This document shows positions 63,968 to 64,000 of a stretch of DNA of 64,000 nucleotides, piece after piece. Location: the NCBI GenBank assembly GCA_964417965.1, contig CAYQJX010000014.1:50-64049 (forward strand), written 5' to 3'. The position numbers and the translations under genes were made by a program. A model generated the notes under the pieces. That model had not been told where the DNA came from. It saw nothing but the letters and a program-made list of their open reading frames with translations, and did no database searches. Position 1 is the stretch's first letter. Every line of letters begins with the position of its first letter. Source of the DNA: an uncultured Elusimicrobiaceae bacterium (GTDB taxonomy: Bacteria > Elusimicrobiota > Elusimicrobia > Elusimicrobiales > UBA9959).

Positions 63968-64000
63968 TTATTTCGAAGCGGCTTCGACGCTCTGGATCAT
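63968..64000 (-). CDS. 3' end of the upstream gene (probably a NuoB-like small subunit), truncated by the window edge
   Basis: The minus strand reads ...MIQSVEAASK-stop in the operon position expected for the small subunit. Only 10 codons are visible. Confidence 0.3.
   Translation of the reverse strand: MIQSVEAASK

Overview
GC-rich bacterial chromosomal window. Nearly every real gene casts a long Arg/Gly/Ala/His-rich antisense shadow ORF, and I discarded those. There are about 60 protein genes plus one tRNA-Gly(CCC). Genes run on the minus strand up to ~46.5 kb, then a 10-kb plus-strand operon follows, then minus again. Housekeeping content includes tcdA, a short pyk, tal with a long C-terminal extension, rpiB, speH-speE, folE, cca, an acyl-CoA ligase, lnt, rnr and dtd. 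There is a complete, translationally coupled MoxR-DUF58-DUF4381-BatA-BatB/C-BatD-BatE (aerotolerance-type) operon. A 1937-aa Kelch/FN3 surface protein ends in a T9SS-type C-terminal sorting domain and is followed by a PorV-like barrel. My best candidate for an undescribed system is a nine-gene operon: a small protein, a GlmL/MutL-like ASKHA ATPase, a 374-aa partner, GT-C and GT2 glycosyltransferases, and four uncharacterised membrane proteins. A two-gene prepilin-lectin cassette is bracketed by ~90-bp direct repeats that duplicate the 3' end and terminator of the neighbouring hydrogenase gene. The window ends in the distal part of a group 4 (energy-converting) [NiFe]-hydrogenase operon that superficially looks like nuoC/D/H/I. 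Non-coding signals are recurrent TA(T/C)AAT-N6-ATG leaderless-type starts, a REP-like hairpin family, two copies of a ~140-nt structured repeat, a 28-bp perfect palindrome, and a tRNA-derived tandem repeat array. Gene content hints at an uncultivated lineage (Elusimicrobiota-like), but that is inference only. No database search was possible, so all family calls rest on motifs read from the translations.
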